The position numbers were made by a program, and so were the translations under genes. Below, one piece after another: positions 17,934 through 27,743 of a stretch of 64,000 nucleotides of DNA. The stretch is from an uncultured Halieaceae bacterium (GTDB lineage Bacteria; Pseudomonadota; Gammaproteobacteria; Pseudomonadales; Halieaceae). The notes below the pieces were generated by a model. That model was not told the DNA's origin, did no database searches, and saw only the letters and a program-made list of their open reading frames with translations. The stretch spans positions 16,960 through 80,959 of the forward strand of contig CAXBPV010000016.1 in NCBI GenBank assembly GCA_963977655.1, given 5' to 3'. Position 1 is the first letter of the stretch, and the number at the start of each line of letters is the position of its first letter.

Positions 17934-18856
17934 GATCGCCTCACCTCATATCGGGCCATCGCGCCTTCCACCCAATCCTGAATCGACTCCGCCTCGGCCT
18001 CGCGAATCAGGTCCCGCGCTATTCGTTCGCTCACCTCCTCCAACGCGAGGGTGCGCGGCGCTGCCACTGCTTGCACATAAACGTAATGCTCACCAAAAAC
18101 AGACGCTATCGGGCCGAACCATTTATTAGGCTCAACGCTCAGCGCGCTAAGCTGCTCGGTAAATACACCCCCAAAAACGCGCGTTATCTGATCTGGGCTC
18201 TGCCTCGAAAATTCATAGCCCGATAAAAAAGGCGCACCGAGCAAGCGGGCTTCGGCGGGGCCCAGCTGTTTTGCCTCAATCTCAGCCACAACCCTGCTCA
18301 TCTCGCTACTTCGATCCGGAGAGAGAAATACATGACTGAACGAGTAACGCGCCGGCTCACGCCAGGCCGCCAGATCGCGCTTGTATCGTGCCTCCACCTG
18401 CGCGTTGGTGGGAGACGGTGTTGGATGAGTCGCCACAATCAAGCGCTCCATGATTTGCACCAATCGGCGGCGAATCACCTCATCAGTCAGGTGCAGCCGC
18501 AATGCATAGCCCTGCTCTATCAGTTCAGCGTCGCTTGCCTGAGTACGGGCGTCCAGAAAGCGCATATTGCGGATAATGCGCTGCTCAACCGCGGCATCAC
18601 GATAATGAAAATCTCGCGCGAGGGCTTCTCTAAAGAGCAGTTCGTCTCGCAATTCCGTGTCGATAAAACGCTCCAGCACCGCGGGGCTCACCGTGCCTTG
18701 GGCAAACTGTGCATAGTTCTGAACCATGGCGTCTAGCCGCTCGGCACTCGGAGGACCAAGCACCGGCTTGGGTGGAGGAAAAGCCCATTGGCCCGCAACA
18801 AACAACACAAAGCCCAGCAGAAGAAACTGGAACCAGGGTTTTTTAAACACGCTCAT
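17930..18856 (-). CDS. parvulin-like peptidyl-prolyl isomerase-family protein (rotamase_2-like), membrane anchored
   Basis: N-terminal TM anchor. The C-terminal half (Y.FSHVFL.......A...........G..F.....F.GPI.S.FG.HYVYV) resembles PpiC/rotamase_2 domains. ATG 18856 is preferred over TTG 18859. Its stop overlaps the HupE start (ATGA). Confidence 0.6.
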   Translation of the reverse strand: MSVFKKPWFQFLLLGFVLFVAGQWAFPPPKPVLGPPSAERLDAMVQNYAQFAQGTVSPAVLERFIDTELRDELLFREALARDFHYRDAAVEQRIIRNMRFLDARTQASDAELIEQGYALRLHLTDEVIRRRLVQIMERLIVATHPTPSPTNAQVEARYKRDLAAWREPARYSFSHVFLSPDRSSEMSRVVAEIEAKQLGPAEARLLGAPFLSGYEFSRQSPDQITRVFGGVFTEQLSALSVEPNKWFGPIASVFGEHYVYVQAVAAPRTLALEEVSERIARDLIREAEAESIQDWVEGAMARYEVRRS

Positions 18857-18886
18857 CAAAGAACCACCGTGATATTCAAGCGCCGG

Positions 18887-19438
18887 CTAAAAATGGCTAA
18901 CGAAGGCGTCTAAAGACTCCTCCGGCAACAACTTGCTCGGACCGTCTCGCGTCCCCAAGTAAAGAAAACCCACCACCTGATCACCCGGGGCTCCCCCGAG
19001 CATCTCGACCACGAGAGGATCTGTTGCGTAGCTGCCAGTACGCCAGATACAACCAAAGCCGAGGAATTCCGCGGCAATCTGCGCTGCTGCCAGCGAGGCA
19101 GCAACGGCGTGCCCCTGTTCGTCACGACCGATAGTGGTGTGCTCAACCTCATGGAGCAACCCCGCAAGAATCATGGGTGCCCGCAATGGCGCTTTAGCGG
19201 CTTTATCGAGCTTTGCTGTGTCAGAGACGCCGCGCAACTTGAGACTGTCGACAAAACACTTACCCAATGCCTGTCGACGCTCACCCTGAATCACGACATA
19301 ACGCCAGGGCCGGAGCCGGCCATGATCGGGGGCCCGCAGCGCAGCGCGCAGAATAGCCTTTAGCGCTTGGGCATCAGGGCCGGGTTCAACAAGGCGAGCA
19401 TGAGAATTGCGAGACAGCAATGTGTCGAGAACAGACAT
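18887..19438 (-). CDS. nitroreductase-family protein
   Basis: Start moved to ATG 19438 (MSVLDTLLSRNS.R....P.P....L..IL.AA.RAPDHG.L.PWR). Classic NfsA/NfnB-like fold signature. Confidence 0.8.
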   Translation of the reverse strand: MSVLDTLLSRNSHARLVEPGPDAQALKAILRAALRAPDHGRLRPWRYVVIQGERRQALGKCFVDSLKLRGVSDTAKLDKAAKAPLRAPMILAGLLHEVEHTTIGRDEQGHAVAASLAAAQIAAEFLGFGCIWRTGSYATDPLVVEMLGGAPGDQVVGFLYLGTRDGPSKLLPEESLDAFVSHF

Positions 19439-19487
19439 AAGCGTATCGTTAAGGATAGCTCTCCATCTTACCAGATTGGGATCGAGA

Positions 19488-21320
19488 TCAAACGATACGC
19501 CAGTCGTCCGGCAGGCCGGTGCGAACCGCAATCGCCCGACCACCAAACACGACGCTGTCGTCGGTCACGGTAACATCAGCGTCGGTAAGCACGCCTTCGT
19601 CAAACCGATACTGAGGTGACCACTGGCCCGCAAGCCGAGACGCCTCTACCGCTTCCTGCGCCGCGACGCGCGCCTCCTGCTGGCGACGCCATGCCGTCAT
19701 CGCCTGGCCCCCGTGATGTTTGGCCAACAGCGCTTCGGTGCTCGCCGGGCTCAACAGCGCCGCCGTTGCATTATTGCCACCGAACCCTTTGCTGTTGATC
19801 AGGGCGTAATCGATATCCTCGCTGCCTCTTTCTGCCAGCGCAAACGCCAGCCGCTCGGTCGCCACATCATCGGCAATCGCGTCAATACTCTGAATTCGCG
19901 GCACGGTGTTGTGTTGCCAAATACCCAGCATCGCGGTTAATTGATCTCCGGCAGCGGCACCCAGCGAATGCCCGACATAACTTTTAATGGCTGCCACCGG
20001 CCACTCCCGAACCCCATAGGCTTGAGCCACCTTACTCAGCAAGGTCGATTCCGTGACGCGGTTCTGGGGCGTGCCGGTGCCGTGGGCCTGCACCATCCCG
20101 CGGTGCCGAAGCCGCTCGTCTCCGAGAATGGCGCGTGACGCAGCGACCGCCTCAGCGAAGGTGAGATAATTGCCGGCGCCGGGACCCGAAATAGATTTCT
20201 TCGCTCCATCGGCCCTGACACCCACAAATGGCGCACCCGCCAGAATCGGGGCACCCATCTCCAGAGCCAATGCGTCGTCCATCAGCACTACCACCTGCGC
20301 AGACTCGGCCATGGTAAATCCACAGTTATTGCCAAAAGGCCTGCAGGCACGACGGTGGTCAATGTTGGCTTGGTCTGGCTGGCCGTCGAGCTGCCGCAAA
20401 CCCTTGTCTGTCGCGAGCGCCCCCATGGCAACATACCCGTCCATCACCTCGACATTCACGGGCGCCTCGGCAGCACCCACGACCGCCACGCGGGACCGTC
20501 CGCTGCGGATATCCTCAATACCCAACCGAAGGTTGTAGAGAAAAGTGGCACAGGCCCCCAATGCTGGCCCTGTGGCACTGAGACTGCCGAGCACATAAGC
20601 GCTGATGAAGTCGCCTGGCATTTCGGCAAAACCAAAAGGGCATTGCTTTGAACTCACCCTGCGTCCCAGTAACCGCGATCGCAGCATACCGCCGGTGCCT
20701 GCCTCATCCAGTTGCCCCATGGCGCTGGATACATATACGCTAATCGCGTCTCCCGGTACTTTCGCCGTGATGGCAGACCAATCCATGCCCAGATCAGCGA
20801 GGGCGTCAGACATGGCAAAAATCGCCATCTGCACCGCACGCGGATGATTGCGGGAGGGATATAGCGCGCCGGGGTCAAAACCACTGGGGAGCTGTCCTGC
20901 GGCACTCACCTCAAAAGGTCGAGTGCTGGGCAGAAGCACTTCGCTGCGCTCTGCCAGCGAGACGGTGACGGATTTTCCGTTGACCTGCTCAGAAATAGCG
21001 CCGAGCACTGTGCCGTCAACCATTCCTCCGGGATTAAACACAAACTTACTCGGCGCCGCGCCCTCGAGCGTCTGTGCGCGTCGATGCCAACTCACAGCGC
21101 GGTGATCGAACCACTCCGGCTCAATTTCCCTAATCAACGTGTGCCGGGCGATGGCCTCGTTGTCGGCCGTGCCCATCATCTGCCCAAGGGCGCGCTCGGT
21201 CGCGGTGCGCTCAGCCGCAGAGATCGAGTCCCACACCATCCTCTTATACGCGTGGCGGCGAGAGGTTCTACCCGCACTGTTGACGCCCCCGGCGGCCACC
21301 ATGATGGGAAGTCTGAGCAT
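19488..21320 (-). CDS. fabY: FabY-type beta-ketoacyl synthase (long KAS I/II-domain condensing enzyme)
   Basis: 610 aa, about 200 aa longer than FabB/FabF. Cys-His-His contexts are GACATFLYN, AHGTGTPQN and GHSLGAAAG. The N-terminus MLRLPIMVAAGGVNSAGR and many internal blocks resemble P. aeruginosa FabY (PA5174) as remembered. AGGAGA RBS. Confidence 0.8.
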   Translation of the reverse strand: MLRLPIMVAAGGVNSAGRTSRRHAYKRMVWDSISAAERTATERALGQMMGTADNEAIARHTLIREIEPEWFDHRAVSWHRRAQTLEGAAPSKFVFNPGGMVDGTVLGAISEQVNGKSVTVSLAERSEVLLPSTRPFEVSAAGQLPSGFDPGALYPSRNHPRAVQMAIFAMSDALADLGMDWSAITAKVPGDAISVYVSSAMGQLDEAGTGGMLRSRLLGRRVSSKQCPFGFAEMPGDFISAYVLGSLSATGPALGACATFLYNLRLGIEDIRSGRSRVAVVGAAEAPVNVEVMDGYVAMGALATDKGLRQLDGQPDQANIDHRRACRPFGNNCGFTMAESAQVVVLMDDALALEMGAPILAGAPFVGVRADGAKKSISGPGAGNYLTFAEAVAASRAILGDERLRHRGMVQAHGTGTPQNRVTESTLLSKVAQAYGVREWPVAAIKSYVGHSLGAAAGDQLTAMLGIWQHNTVPRIQSIDAIADDVATERLAFALAERGSEDIDYALINSKGFGGNNATAALLSPASTEALLAKHHGGQAMTAWRRQQEARVAAQEAVEASRLAGQWSPQYRFDEGVLTDADVTVTDDSVVFGGRAIAVRTGLPDDWRIV

Positions 21321-21460
21321 ACTGTCTCCTGATTCTGTCGCGACGAGCGCCCACTCTTCTCCGGCGTTGCGGCAATGGGCAAGCGTTGATCGCAGTTAAA
21401 GCACGCTGCGGGAGTGTACGCTGGACAAGCGCAAAAACTATGCGTATACAGCCATATATT

Positions 21461-22474
21461 ATGCACATATCGCCATTTTTAGGGTCGCCCTTTCGCGTTG
21501 CCGCACTGGTACACGAGCACATGCTGGCGTCCTCCGTCACCCTGCCCATGGAAATTCTCACCGGTGCAGCGCAAACCAAAAGCCAGCGCTCGGTGCAGAC
21601 TTTGCAGTTCGAGTGTTTTAGCTCTAGCGGTGGCCTGCTCGTTACGCAAAGTGGGCTCACCATCGCCACCCAACCACTGGACGCCATCGATCACATCGAC
21701 CTCATGATCATTCCCGCTATCTGGCGTCATCCGGGTCGCGTAATTCGCAAGCATCCAGATCATATAGAGCGAATCTCGGCACACGTAGCGCAGGGCGGGC
21801 TGACAGTGAGCGTTGGCTCAGGTACGTTTTTGCTGGCAGAGACAGGCACCATGGCGAGTCGCTCAGTCACCACCCATTGGCAGTGGTTTGACACTTTCGC
21901 GGCCCGTTATCCCGCTATCCAGCTGGAGCGACAGCAACTTATTACCCAGTCCGGCCCAATCTATTGCGTCAGTAGCGTCAACTCGGTAGCCGATCTGATG
22001 GTCTACCTCTGCTCAGAAATTTTTTCGATGCGGGCCGCCCGACACATCGAAAACCAGTTTTCCCCCGAAATCAGGCAACGTTTTTCACCCTCACCCGTGG
22101 GCGCTCCGCGGGACCTGCACGGAGATGAATTAGTCGCTGATGCGCAAATAGAAATCGCCAAGGATTTGCGCGCAGTGCCATCAGTACCGGATCTCGCTTC
22201 CCGCCTGGGCGTCAGTGCGCGCACCCTTTCTCGCCGATTTAAAATAGCAGCGGGACTCTCAATCGGTGATTACGCGCTGCAGCGTCGCCTCGACGAGGCG
22301 CAGTCATTACTGCGAAAAACCAACCTCTCCGTCAGCGAAGTTGCATTTTCCGTAGGTTTGACTGATCCATCACACTTCACCCGCGTGTTCAGAAAACAGC
22401 TCGGCTTAACGCCAACGCGTTACCGAGCGGCCGTGCGCGAAAAAGCGTTTTCCCCGGACCCGCATTCTGGCTGA
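21461..22474 (+). CDS. AraC-family transcriptional regulator with GlxA/DJ-1-like N-terminal domain
   Basis: The C-terminal double HTH (LA...GVS.RTL.RRF....G.S...Y....RL..A..LL..T.LSV.EVA..VG..D.S.F.R.FR...G.TP..YR) follows a DJ-1/PfpI-like domain. Start is ambiguous: 21386, 21440 or 21461. Confidence 0.8.
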   Translation: MHISPFLGSPFRVAALVHEHMLASSVTLPMEILTGAAQTKSQRSVQTLQFECFSSSGGLLVTQSGLTIATQPLDAIDHIDLMIIPAIWRHPGRVIRKHPDHIERISAHVAQGGLTVSVGSGTFLLAETGTMASRSVTTHWQWFDTFAARYPAIQLERQQLITQSGPIYCVSSVNSVADLMVYLCSEIFSMRAARHIENQFSPEIRQRFSPSPVGAPRDLHGDELVADAQIEIAKDLRAVPSVPDLASRLGVSARTLSRRFKIAAGLSIGDYALQRRLDEAQSLLRKTNLSVSEVAFSVGLTDPSHFTRVFRKQLGLTPTRYRAAVREKAFSPDPHSG

Positions 22475-22538
22475 ACTTGCAGGCATGCCGCGGTTGGGGC
22501 TAAATGCCCGCCCCGACGCACAACTATGAGGATCAACA

Positions 22539-23714
22539 GTGAGCGACGTATTGATTATTGGTGGCGCCCGAACGCCAATGGGCGGACTGCTGGGAGACCT
22601 CTCGGAGGCTACCGCAAATGAATTGGGCGCTACCGCCATCGCCGCAACACTGGAGCGTACGGGGGTAGCGAGGGAGGCGATCGACGAGGTGTTCATGGGA
22701 TGCGTGCTGCCGGCGGGACTGAAACAGTGCCCAGCCAGGCAAGCGATGCTGGGGGCCGGCATACCCAGCAGCACCGGCGCCGTGACCATTAACAAGGCCT
22801 GCGGTAGCGGCATGCAAGCCACCATTTTTGGCGCAGACAGCATTACCGCTGGCACCAACCAACTGGCGATCACCGGCGGTCTCGAGAGCATGTCCAATGC
22901 ACCGCAACTGCTGCTGACCGGCCGCAAGGGCCAGCGGCTCGGGCACTCCCAGCTTTATGACCATATGTTTTACGACGGGCTCGAAGACGCCTACACGGGC
23001 GCCGCGATGGGTACCTTCGCCCAGAAAACGGCCGATGAGCATGGTTTGACTCGCGAAGAAATGGACGCTTTCGCCATCGAGAGCCTCAGCCGCGCGCAGC
23101 GCGCGATTGATCAGGGCCTGAACCATCAAGAAATTGCACCGGTGACCATACGTACTAAACGCGGAGAGCACTGTGTGTCAGTGGACGAGCAGCCGCATAA
23201 GGCCAATTTGGAGAAAATTCCCCAACTGCGCCCGGCTTTTGCACAGGACGGCACCATTACCCCTGCCAATTCGAGTTCGATTTCCGATGGCGCAAGCGCA
23301 CTGCTTCTGGCCAGTGAAGCGGCTGCAGCGTCCCATGGCTTAACACCTCGTGCCCGCATCATCGCCCATACAAGACATAGCCTGGCGCCCGAGTCCTTTA
23401 CCTTGGCGCCAATCGGTGCAGTGGAGAAACTGCTCGCCAAAACAGGCTGGTCGGTGTCGGACGTCGACCTTTGGGAGGTAAACGAAGCTTTCGCCATGGT
23501 CACGATGCTAACGATGCGGGCTTTAGATCTTGACCCCGCCTGCGTCAACGTCCACGGAGGCGCTTGCGCTCAGGGACACCCCATTGGCTCAACGGGATCA
23601 CGCATCATTGTTACGCTGATGCATGCGCTGGAGCATTATGGCAAAAAGCGAGGCATTGCCGCGCTCTGCATCGGCGGTGGTGAAGCAACTGCCATGGCCA
23701 TTGAACTGATCTAA
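22539..23714 (+). CDS. acetyl-CoA C-acetyltransferase (biosynthetic/degradative thiolase)
   Basis: GTG start. Acyl-Cys block NKACGSGMQA and C-terminal NVHGGACAQGHPIGSTG and CIGGGEA signatures. 391 aa. Confidence 0.9.
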   Translation: MSDVLIIGGARTPMGGLLGDLSEATANELGATAIAATLERTGVAREAIDEVFMGCVLPAGLKQCPARQAMLGAGIPSSTGAVTINKACGSGMQATIFGADSITAGTNQLAITGGLESMSNAPQLLLTGRKGQRLGHSQLYDHMFYDGLEDAYTGAAMGTFAQKTADEHGLTREEMDAFAIESLSRAQRAIDQGLNHQEIAPVTIRTKRGEHCVSVDEQPHKANLEKIPQLRPAFAQDGTITPANSSSISDGASALLLASEAAAASHGLTPRARIIAHTRHSLAPESFTLAPIGAVEKLLAKTGWSVSDVDLWEVNEAFAMVTMLTMRALDLDPACVNVHGGACAQGHPIGSTGSRIIVTLMHALEHYGKKRGIAALCIGGGEATAMAIELI

Positions 23715-23736
23715 ATCCACAACGCGAATAACTGAC

Positions 23737-24852
23737 ATGCTGAGTGACATTCCAACTCTACTCGACGACATCAGCGCAGGTCGAATGGTGATCCTGATGG
23801 ATGATGAGGATCGGGAGAACGAAGGCGACCTGATCATCGCTGCGGAAAAAGTCACGCCTGAAATTATCAATTTTTTCGCAACAGAAGCCTGTGGTCTGAT
23901 CTGCATGCCGATCACACCGGAGCGTGCCCGACTCCTCAAGTTACCCCTCATGGTGCGAGACAATCGATCGCAACACGAGACCAACTTCACCGTCTCGATC
24001 GACGCCACCGAACAGGTGGGGCCCGGCATCAGTGCAGCACAGAGAGCACACACGATAAAAGCCGCTATCGCAGCGGACGCAACTTCGAAGGATATCAGAC
24101 AGCCCGGCCACATTTTCCCTTTGGTTGCCAAACCCGGAGGCGTTCTCAAACGCGCCGGTCATACCGAAGCAGGTGTTGATCTAGCACGCATGGCCGGGCT
24201 CGCACCCGCTGCTGTCATTGTCGAAATTATGAATCCGGATGGCACCATGGCCCGCCGCCCCCAGCTGGAGGTGTTTGCAAAACAACACGGCCTCAACATG
24301 GGCACTATCGCTGATCTGATTGAATACCGATCGTTGCACGAGCAGTCGGTTGAGCTACATAGTGCCGAAGCAATTTATACCGAGTGGGGGCAGTTCCAGC
24401 TCCACACCTTTCGGGACCTTATCGATGACACCTTGCACTTTGCGCTGAGCCTCGGAAAACTCGAGGGTGCGGGTGCGGTGCCTGTGAGGGTACAGCCTAT
24501 CAATACCCTCAGAGACTTACTCGGCACGCAGATGGATGCGAATGGCGGTGGCGGCTGGTCGTATCGCGCTGCCATGCGCCATGTGGCAGAAGCGGGGCGC
24601 GGCGTCGTGGTTTTGCTGGGCGGCACCGAGACATCGCGCTCCGTATTGGAAGATCTCAACCAGTTACTCCACGCAGAGCAGCGCCCACCGCCGCCCCAGA
24701 ATTACCGCCTGATTGGCACCGGCGCGCAGATATTGCGGCACCTCGGGCTGAACGACATGAAGCTGATGTCAGCACCACTGCACTTTAATGCGCTATCGGG
24801 CTTTAATCTAAATATTACTGAGTTTGTGCCCGCACCGTCTCAGTCAGACTAG
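23737..24852 (+). CDS. ribB: 3,4-dihydroxy-2-butanone-4-phosphate synthase fused to a degenerate GTP-cyclohydrolase-II-like domain (RibBX type)
   Basis: The N-terminal RibB blocks are DDEDRENEGDLI, FTVSIDA and GHIFPL. The C-terminal 170 aa aligns to RibA but has no cysteine at all, and VRVQPINTLRDLLG replaces the RVHSECLTGD Zn/catalytic region. Confidence 0.85.
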   Translation: MLSDIPTLLDDISAGRMVILMDDEDRENEGDLIIAAEKVTPEIINFFATEACGLICMPITPERARLLKLPLMVRDNRSQHETNFTVSIDATEQVGPGISAAQRAHTIKAAIAADATSKDIRQPGHIFPLVAKPGGVLKRAGHTEAGVDLARMAGLAPAAVIVEIMNPDGTMARRPQLEVFAKQHGLNMGTIADLIEYRSLHEQSVELHSAEAIYTEWGQFQLHTFRDLIDDTLHFALSLGKLEGAGAVPVRVQPINTLRDLLGTQMDANGGGGWSYRAAMRHVAEAGRGVVVLLGGTETSRSVLEDLNQLLHAEQRPPPPQNYRLIGTGAQILRHLGLNDMKLMSAPLHFNALSGFNLNITEFVPAPSQSD

Positions 24853-24887
24853 GGCCATCGGCCTGATCAGCACCGCGAGCGCCACGT

Positions 24888-25568
24888 TCAGCGGTGGAAA
24901 GTCACCACTTCCGACAGCCCGGCACGCTCTGTCCGGACCTCGTTCACTGCGGTCTCCTTGGGGTAACCAAAAGACATACCAAACATCAGTTGTTCATGAT
25001 CGCCAAGGGATAACGTCGGCCGAATCACATTCGCAAGAAAGGCAAGCGCCGTCTGCGGGCACGAGCCCAAGCCATGGGCTGTGAGTCCCAACATAACGGT
25101 TTGGGCATACATCCCCAGGTCACAAGCCTCTCTGAGACCAAAGCCGGTCGGTAGAGTAAAGAACGCGACCGCAGGCGCATCAAAAAAACTGAAATTGCGC
25201 ATGAACCAGGCGTTACGCTCAGCCTTCTGCTCCCGCGCAATACCCAGAGAGTCATAGAGCGCCGCGGCCGAAGCGTATTGGCGCTCCTTATAGACGCCGT
25301 TGTACTGGCCGTCGTAAGGGAAATCGAGAGCAATTTCTCCGGCAGCAAATTTGGCGGGGAGCTCGGCACGCAGGCGCTCCAACGTCTCTCCGGTCACCAC
25401 ATGCACAAACCAGGGCTGGGTATTGCAGTTACTGGGCGCTCGCTGTGCGGCACCAAATACTGCCGCTATCACTTCCTCCGGCACAGGATCCGTTTTGAAA
25501 TCCCGCATAGAGCGCCGGGCATTGACGATATCCAGAAAGGCTTTACCTGTTTGTCCTGTATCCGCCAT
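24888..25568 (-). CDS. nitroreductase-family protein
   Basis: 226 aa. RRS.R.F...PV..E.I......A.RAPS..N.QPW signature. Confidence 0.8.
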   Translation of the reverse strand: MADTGQTGKAFLDIVNARRSMRDFKTDPVPEEVIAAVFGAAQRAPSNCNTQPWFVHVVTGETLERLRAELPAKFAAGEIALDFPYDGQYNGVYKERQYASAAALYDSLGIAREQKAERNAWFMRNFSFFDAPAVAFFTLPTGFGLREACDLGMYAQTVMLGLTAHGLGSCPQTALAFLANVIRPTLSLGDHEQLMFGMSFGYPKETAVNEVRTERAGLSEVVTFHR

Positions 25569-25638
25569 TTTTAGCCACTCTCCTCACTCGGCCAGCGCCC
25601 GTCGGAGCCGGCAGACATGCCATCATCAAAAGGGAAGA

Positions 25639-27108
25639 CTAGCGCAGGTTCTTATCCACACGCTCCGGTATAAATTCTACCGGCAGCCAGGGTGCCAATT
25701 GCGAACGCTGCTGAGCCCTATTGGGGGACGCCAATCCACTTACCGCGGAGGGGCAGGCACCCGATCCAAACCAGTCCAAAGCCGTTGCCACGAGTGTCTC
25801 CTCGGGGTCGCCAAAAGCTCTGGATATGTCCTCCTCTGCCGCGCACAGCGTAAAGCGCCCCGTGCCCGCAAGTCCGATCTGGTGGTAGTCCCCTTGGTTC
25901 TCGCCATTGACCAGCTCGAAAGCAGTGAGGCGGAGCGCAACGTCGCAATCTGCTCTTTCTAGCCCCTCTACTGACTCATGCATATCCCAACGGCCCTGCC
26001 CTACTTGTTTACCGTAGGTGTCAGCACCAATCAGCACTGTTTCAACATGAGGAGCAAGTCCGTTGATGACCAATTCGCTGGCTGATGCCGTGCCACCGGA
26101 GGTGATAAAAGCGATGCGAATGGGAGAAGCGGTGTCTGGCAAGGGATCAAAGATGCCCCAGTTATCCTCGTCATTATTGTAGTCAGGATGCTGGTCGTTG
26201 ACCTGAATTTTAAAAGAAGGCTCCCCCTCAGCAGTGATCCCTGCCAGCAGATCCATCATGGTATCGGCCACGCTGAGCAGTCCGCCTCCGTTATACCGTA
26301 AATCCACAATCAGATCGGTAACGCCCTCGTCGGCAAATAATCGACTGGCATCAGAGAGAGAAAAATAGCCCTCAGCAGGATCCAGCGCCGCGTCAATAAA
26401 CTGCCTCAGGTTCAGATAACCCACTGGAGTGAGCCCCTCTCGCGCAAGCAACAGCGGTTCGCCAGCCAGCGCAGGTGGCGAAAGTTCGTCTTTCACCACC
26501 TCGATGTCCAACTCTTCTCCTTGATAGAGGAACCGAAATGTCCTCGATACGCCAACCTCGCTTGGGCCAAAAATCTCCTCATTTGAGGCACCCCGTGCGC
26601 TGAGCTCCTCCAGCGTTTCAAAACCGGATCCTGTATCTACTGCAATAATCTCCATTCCTCGCCGAACGCCGGCGGCGTAGGCCGGCCCACTCTCAAACAC
26701 GTCGATAATAAAAAGCCGCGTAGCGGTTGTTTGCGAGCGGAAGCCAAAGCCGATATAGGCACCGGAGCTAATACTGGTCTCGTCTTCAGTAATCGTGGTC
26801 ATGCGGGAAAACAAATCCCGCCTTTCGTCTATCAGGGGAGCCAACCGGGCATCGAGATAAGCTTGAGCGCTGTCATACTCAGACTTATTCGCGTCGGCCA
26901 TTTCGTCATACCATAGATACCAGCTGTCAACGACCTCCTCCACGAAATCAATCTGAGCTGCGGCGTCACAAGCGCTCGCATCATCGCCGCCACCTGACCC
27001 GTCACCACCGACGATGGGTGCCGGCGAAGGACTCGAACTGCCACCCCCTGAACATCCGACCGCAAGGGCCAGAAACGCCAGCAATACCCATCTGTGAAAT
27101 AAACCCAT
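25639..27108 (-). CDS. S41-family peptidase lipoprotein (C-terminal-processing-peptidase-like)
   Basis: Lipobox LAVGC and a Gly/Ser-rich linker. S41 catalytic-region blocks are LIVDLRYNGGG and FITSGGTASASELVINGL. Confidence 0.75.
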   Translation of the reverse strand: MGLFHRWVLLAFLALAVGCSGGGSSSPSPAPIVGGDGSGGGDDASACDAAAQIDFVEEVVDSWYLWYDEMADANKSEYDSAQAYLDARLAPLIDERRDLFSRMTTITEDETSISSGAYIGFGFRSQTTATRLFIIDVFESGPAYAAGVRRGMEIIAVDTGSGFETLEELSARGASNEEIFGPSEVGVSRTFRFLYQGEELDIEVVKDELSPPALAGEPLLLAREGLTPVGYLNLRQFIDAALDPAEGYFSLSDASRLFADEGVTDLIVDLRYNGGGLLSVADTMMDLLAGITAEGEPSFKIQVNDQHPDYNNDEDNWGIFDPLPDTASPIRIAFITSGGTASASELVINGLAPHVETVLIGADTYGKQVGQGRWDMHESVEGLERADCDVALRLTAFELVNGENQGDYHQIGLAGTGRFTLCAAEEDISRAFGDPEETLVATALDWFGSGACPSAVSGLASPNRAQQRSQLAPWLPVEFIPERVDKNLR

Positions 27109-27275
27109 TATTGTCCCCTCGAACCCTGTTGCACCGTTACTGCCACTTTAGCATTCTCAGTCCAATGACCACGTCGGGCAAACAGTCAGCTTGGCAACCC
27201 ATCAATCGAAATGACAGTCTGTGCAGTCAAAAAGCACAATCGCGCCTCCGATGGCCCACTTAGAGAGATGAACTG

Positions 27276-27743
27276 ATGCAAAATCTATATGGTCCGGCAA
27301 TCGTACTTGGGCTAATCATTGGCGGTGCGATCATCGTCGATGACTTTATCCGACCCCATGCTCAGCACCGGCAAATGAAAATGGCAGTCGATACCGCCCC
27401 ACCGGGTCCCGGTGCTGACCACAAAGTGTGGGTCATGAAACAAGGCGGTGACGCCGATAAGGCGATGCATCGTGAAATGCGCATCATCATGGATGACGAA
27501 TCAGAGAGCGTTGACCACGAGAAGACCATCGTTATGGTCAAGGTCGAAGATGACGATCTGGATGCCACTGCGAGCGGTCAGGCACTTGCCGAGGCGATTC
27601 GGGAGGTGGTGGATGCTGCGCGCTCGGAGGGTCGCGAACCGACTGAGGAAGAAATCACAGCCGCGGTAACCGCCATCAGTGGAGAATCGAGCCAGATTGA
27701 AGTGGAAGTAGACGTCACTGGTGCGGGACCGCTACCCGACTAG
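27276..27743 (+). CDS. hypothetical acidic protein with N-terminal membrane anchor
   Basis: 155 aa. One TM helix, then a strongly acidic region (Asp/Glu-rich). No family was recognised. Confidence 0.45.
   Translation: MQNLYGPAIVLGLIIGGAIIVDDFIRPHAQHRQMKMAVDTAPPGPGADHKVWVMKQGGDADKAMHREMRIIMDDESESVDHEKTIVMVKVEDDDLDATASGQALAEAIREVVDAARSEGREPTEEEITAAVTAISGESSQIEVEVDVTGAGPLPD

Noticed and set aside
23715-23736. FMN riboswitch upstream of ribB, and by analogy a preQ1 riboswitch upstream of queD (14463-14610).
   Set aside because: The ribB leader is only 22 bp. The queD upstream region is occupied by the divergent tRNA promoter and shows no preQ1-type stem plus A-rich tail that I can recognise.
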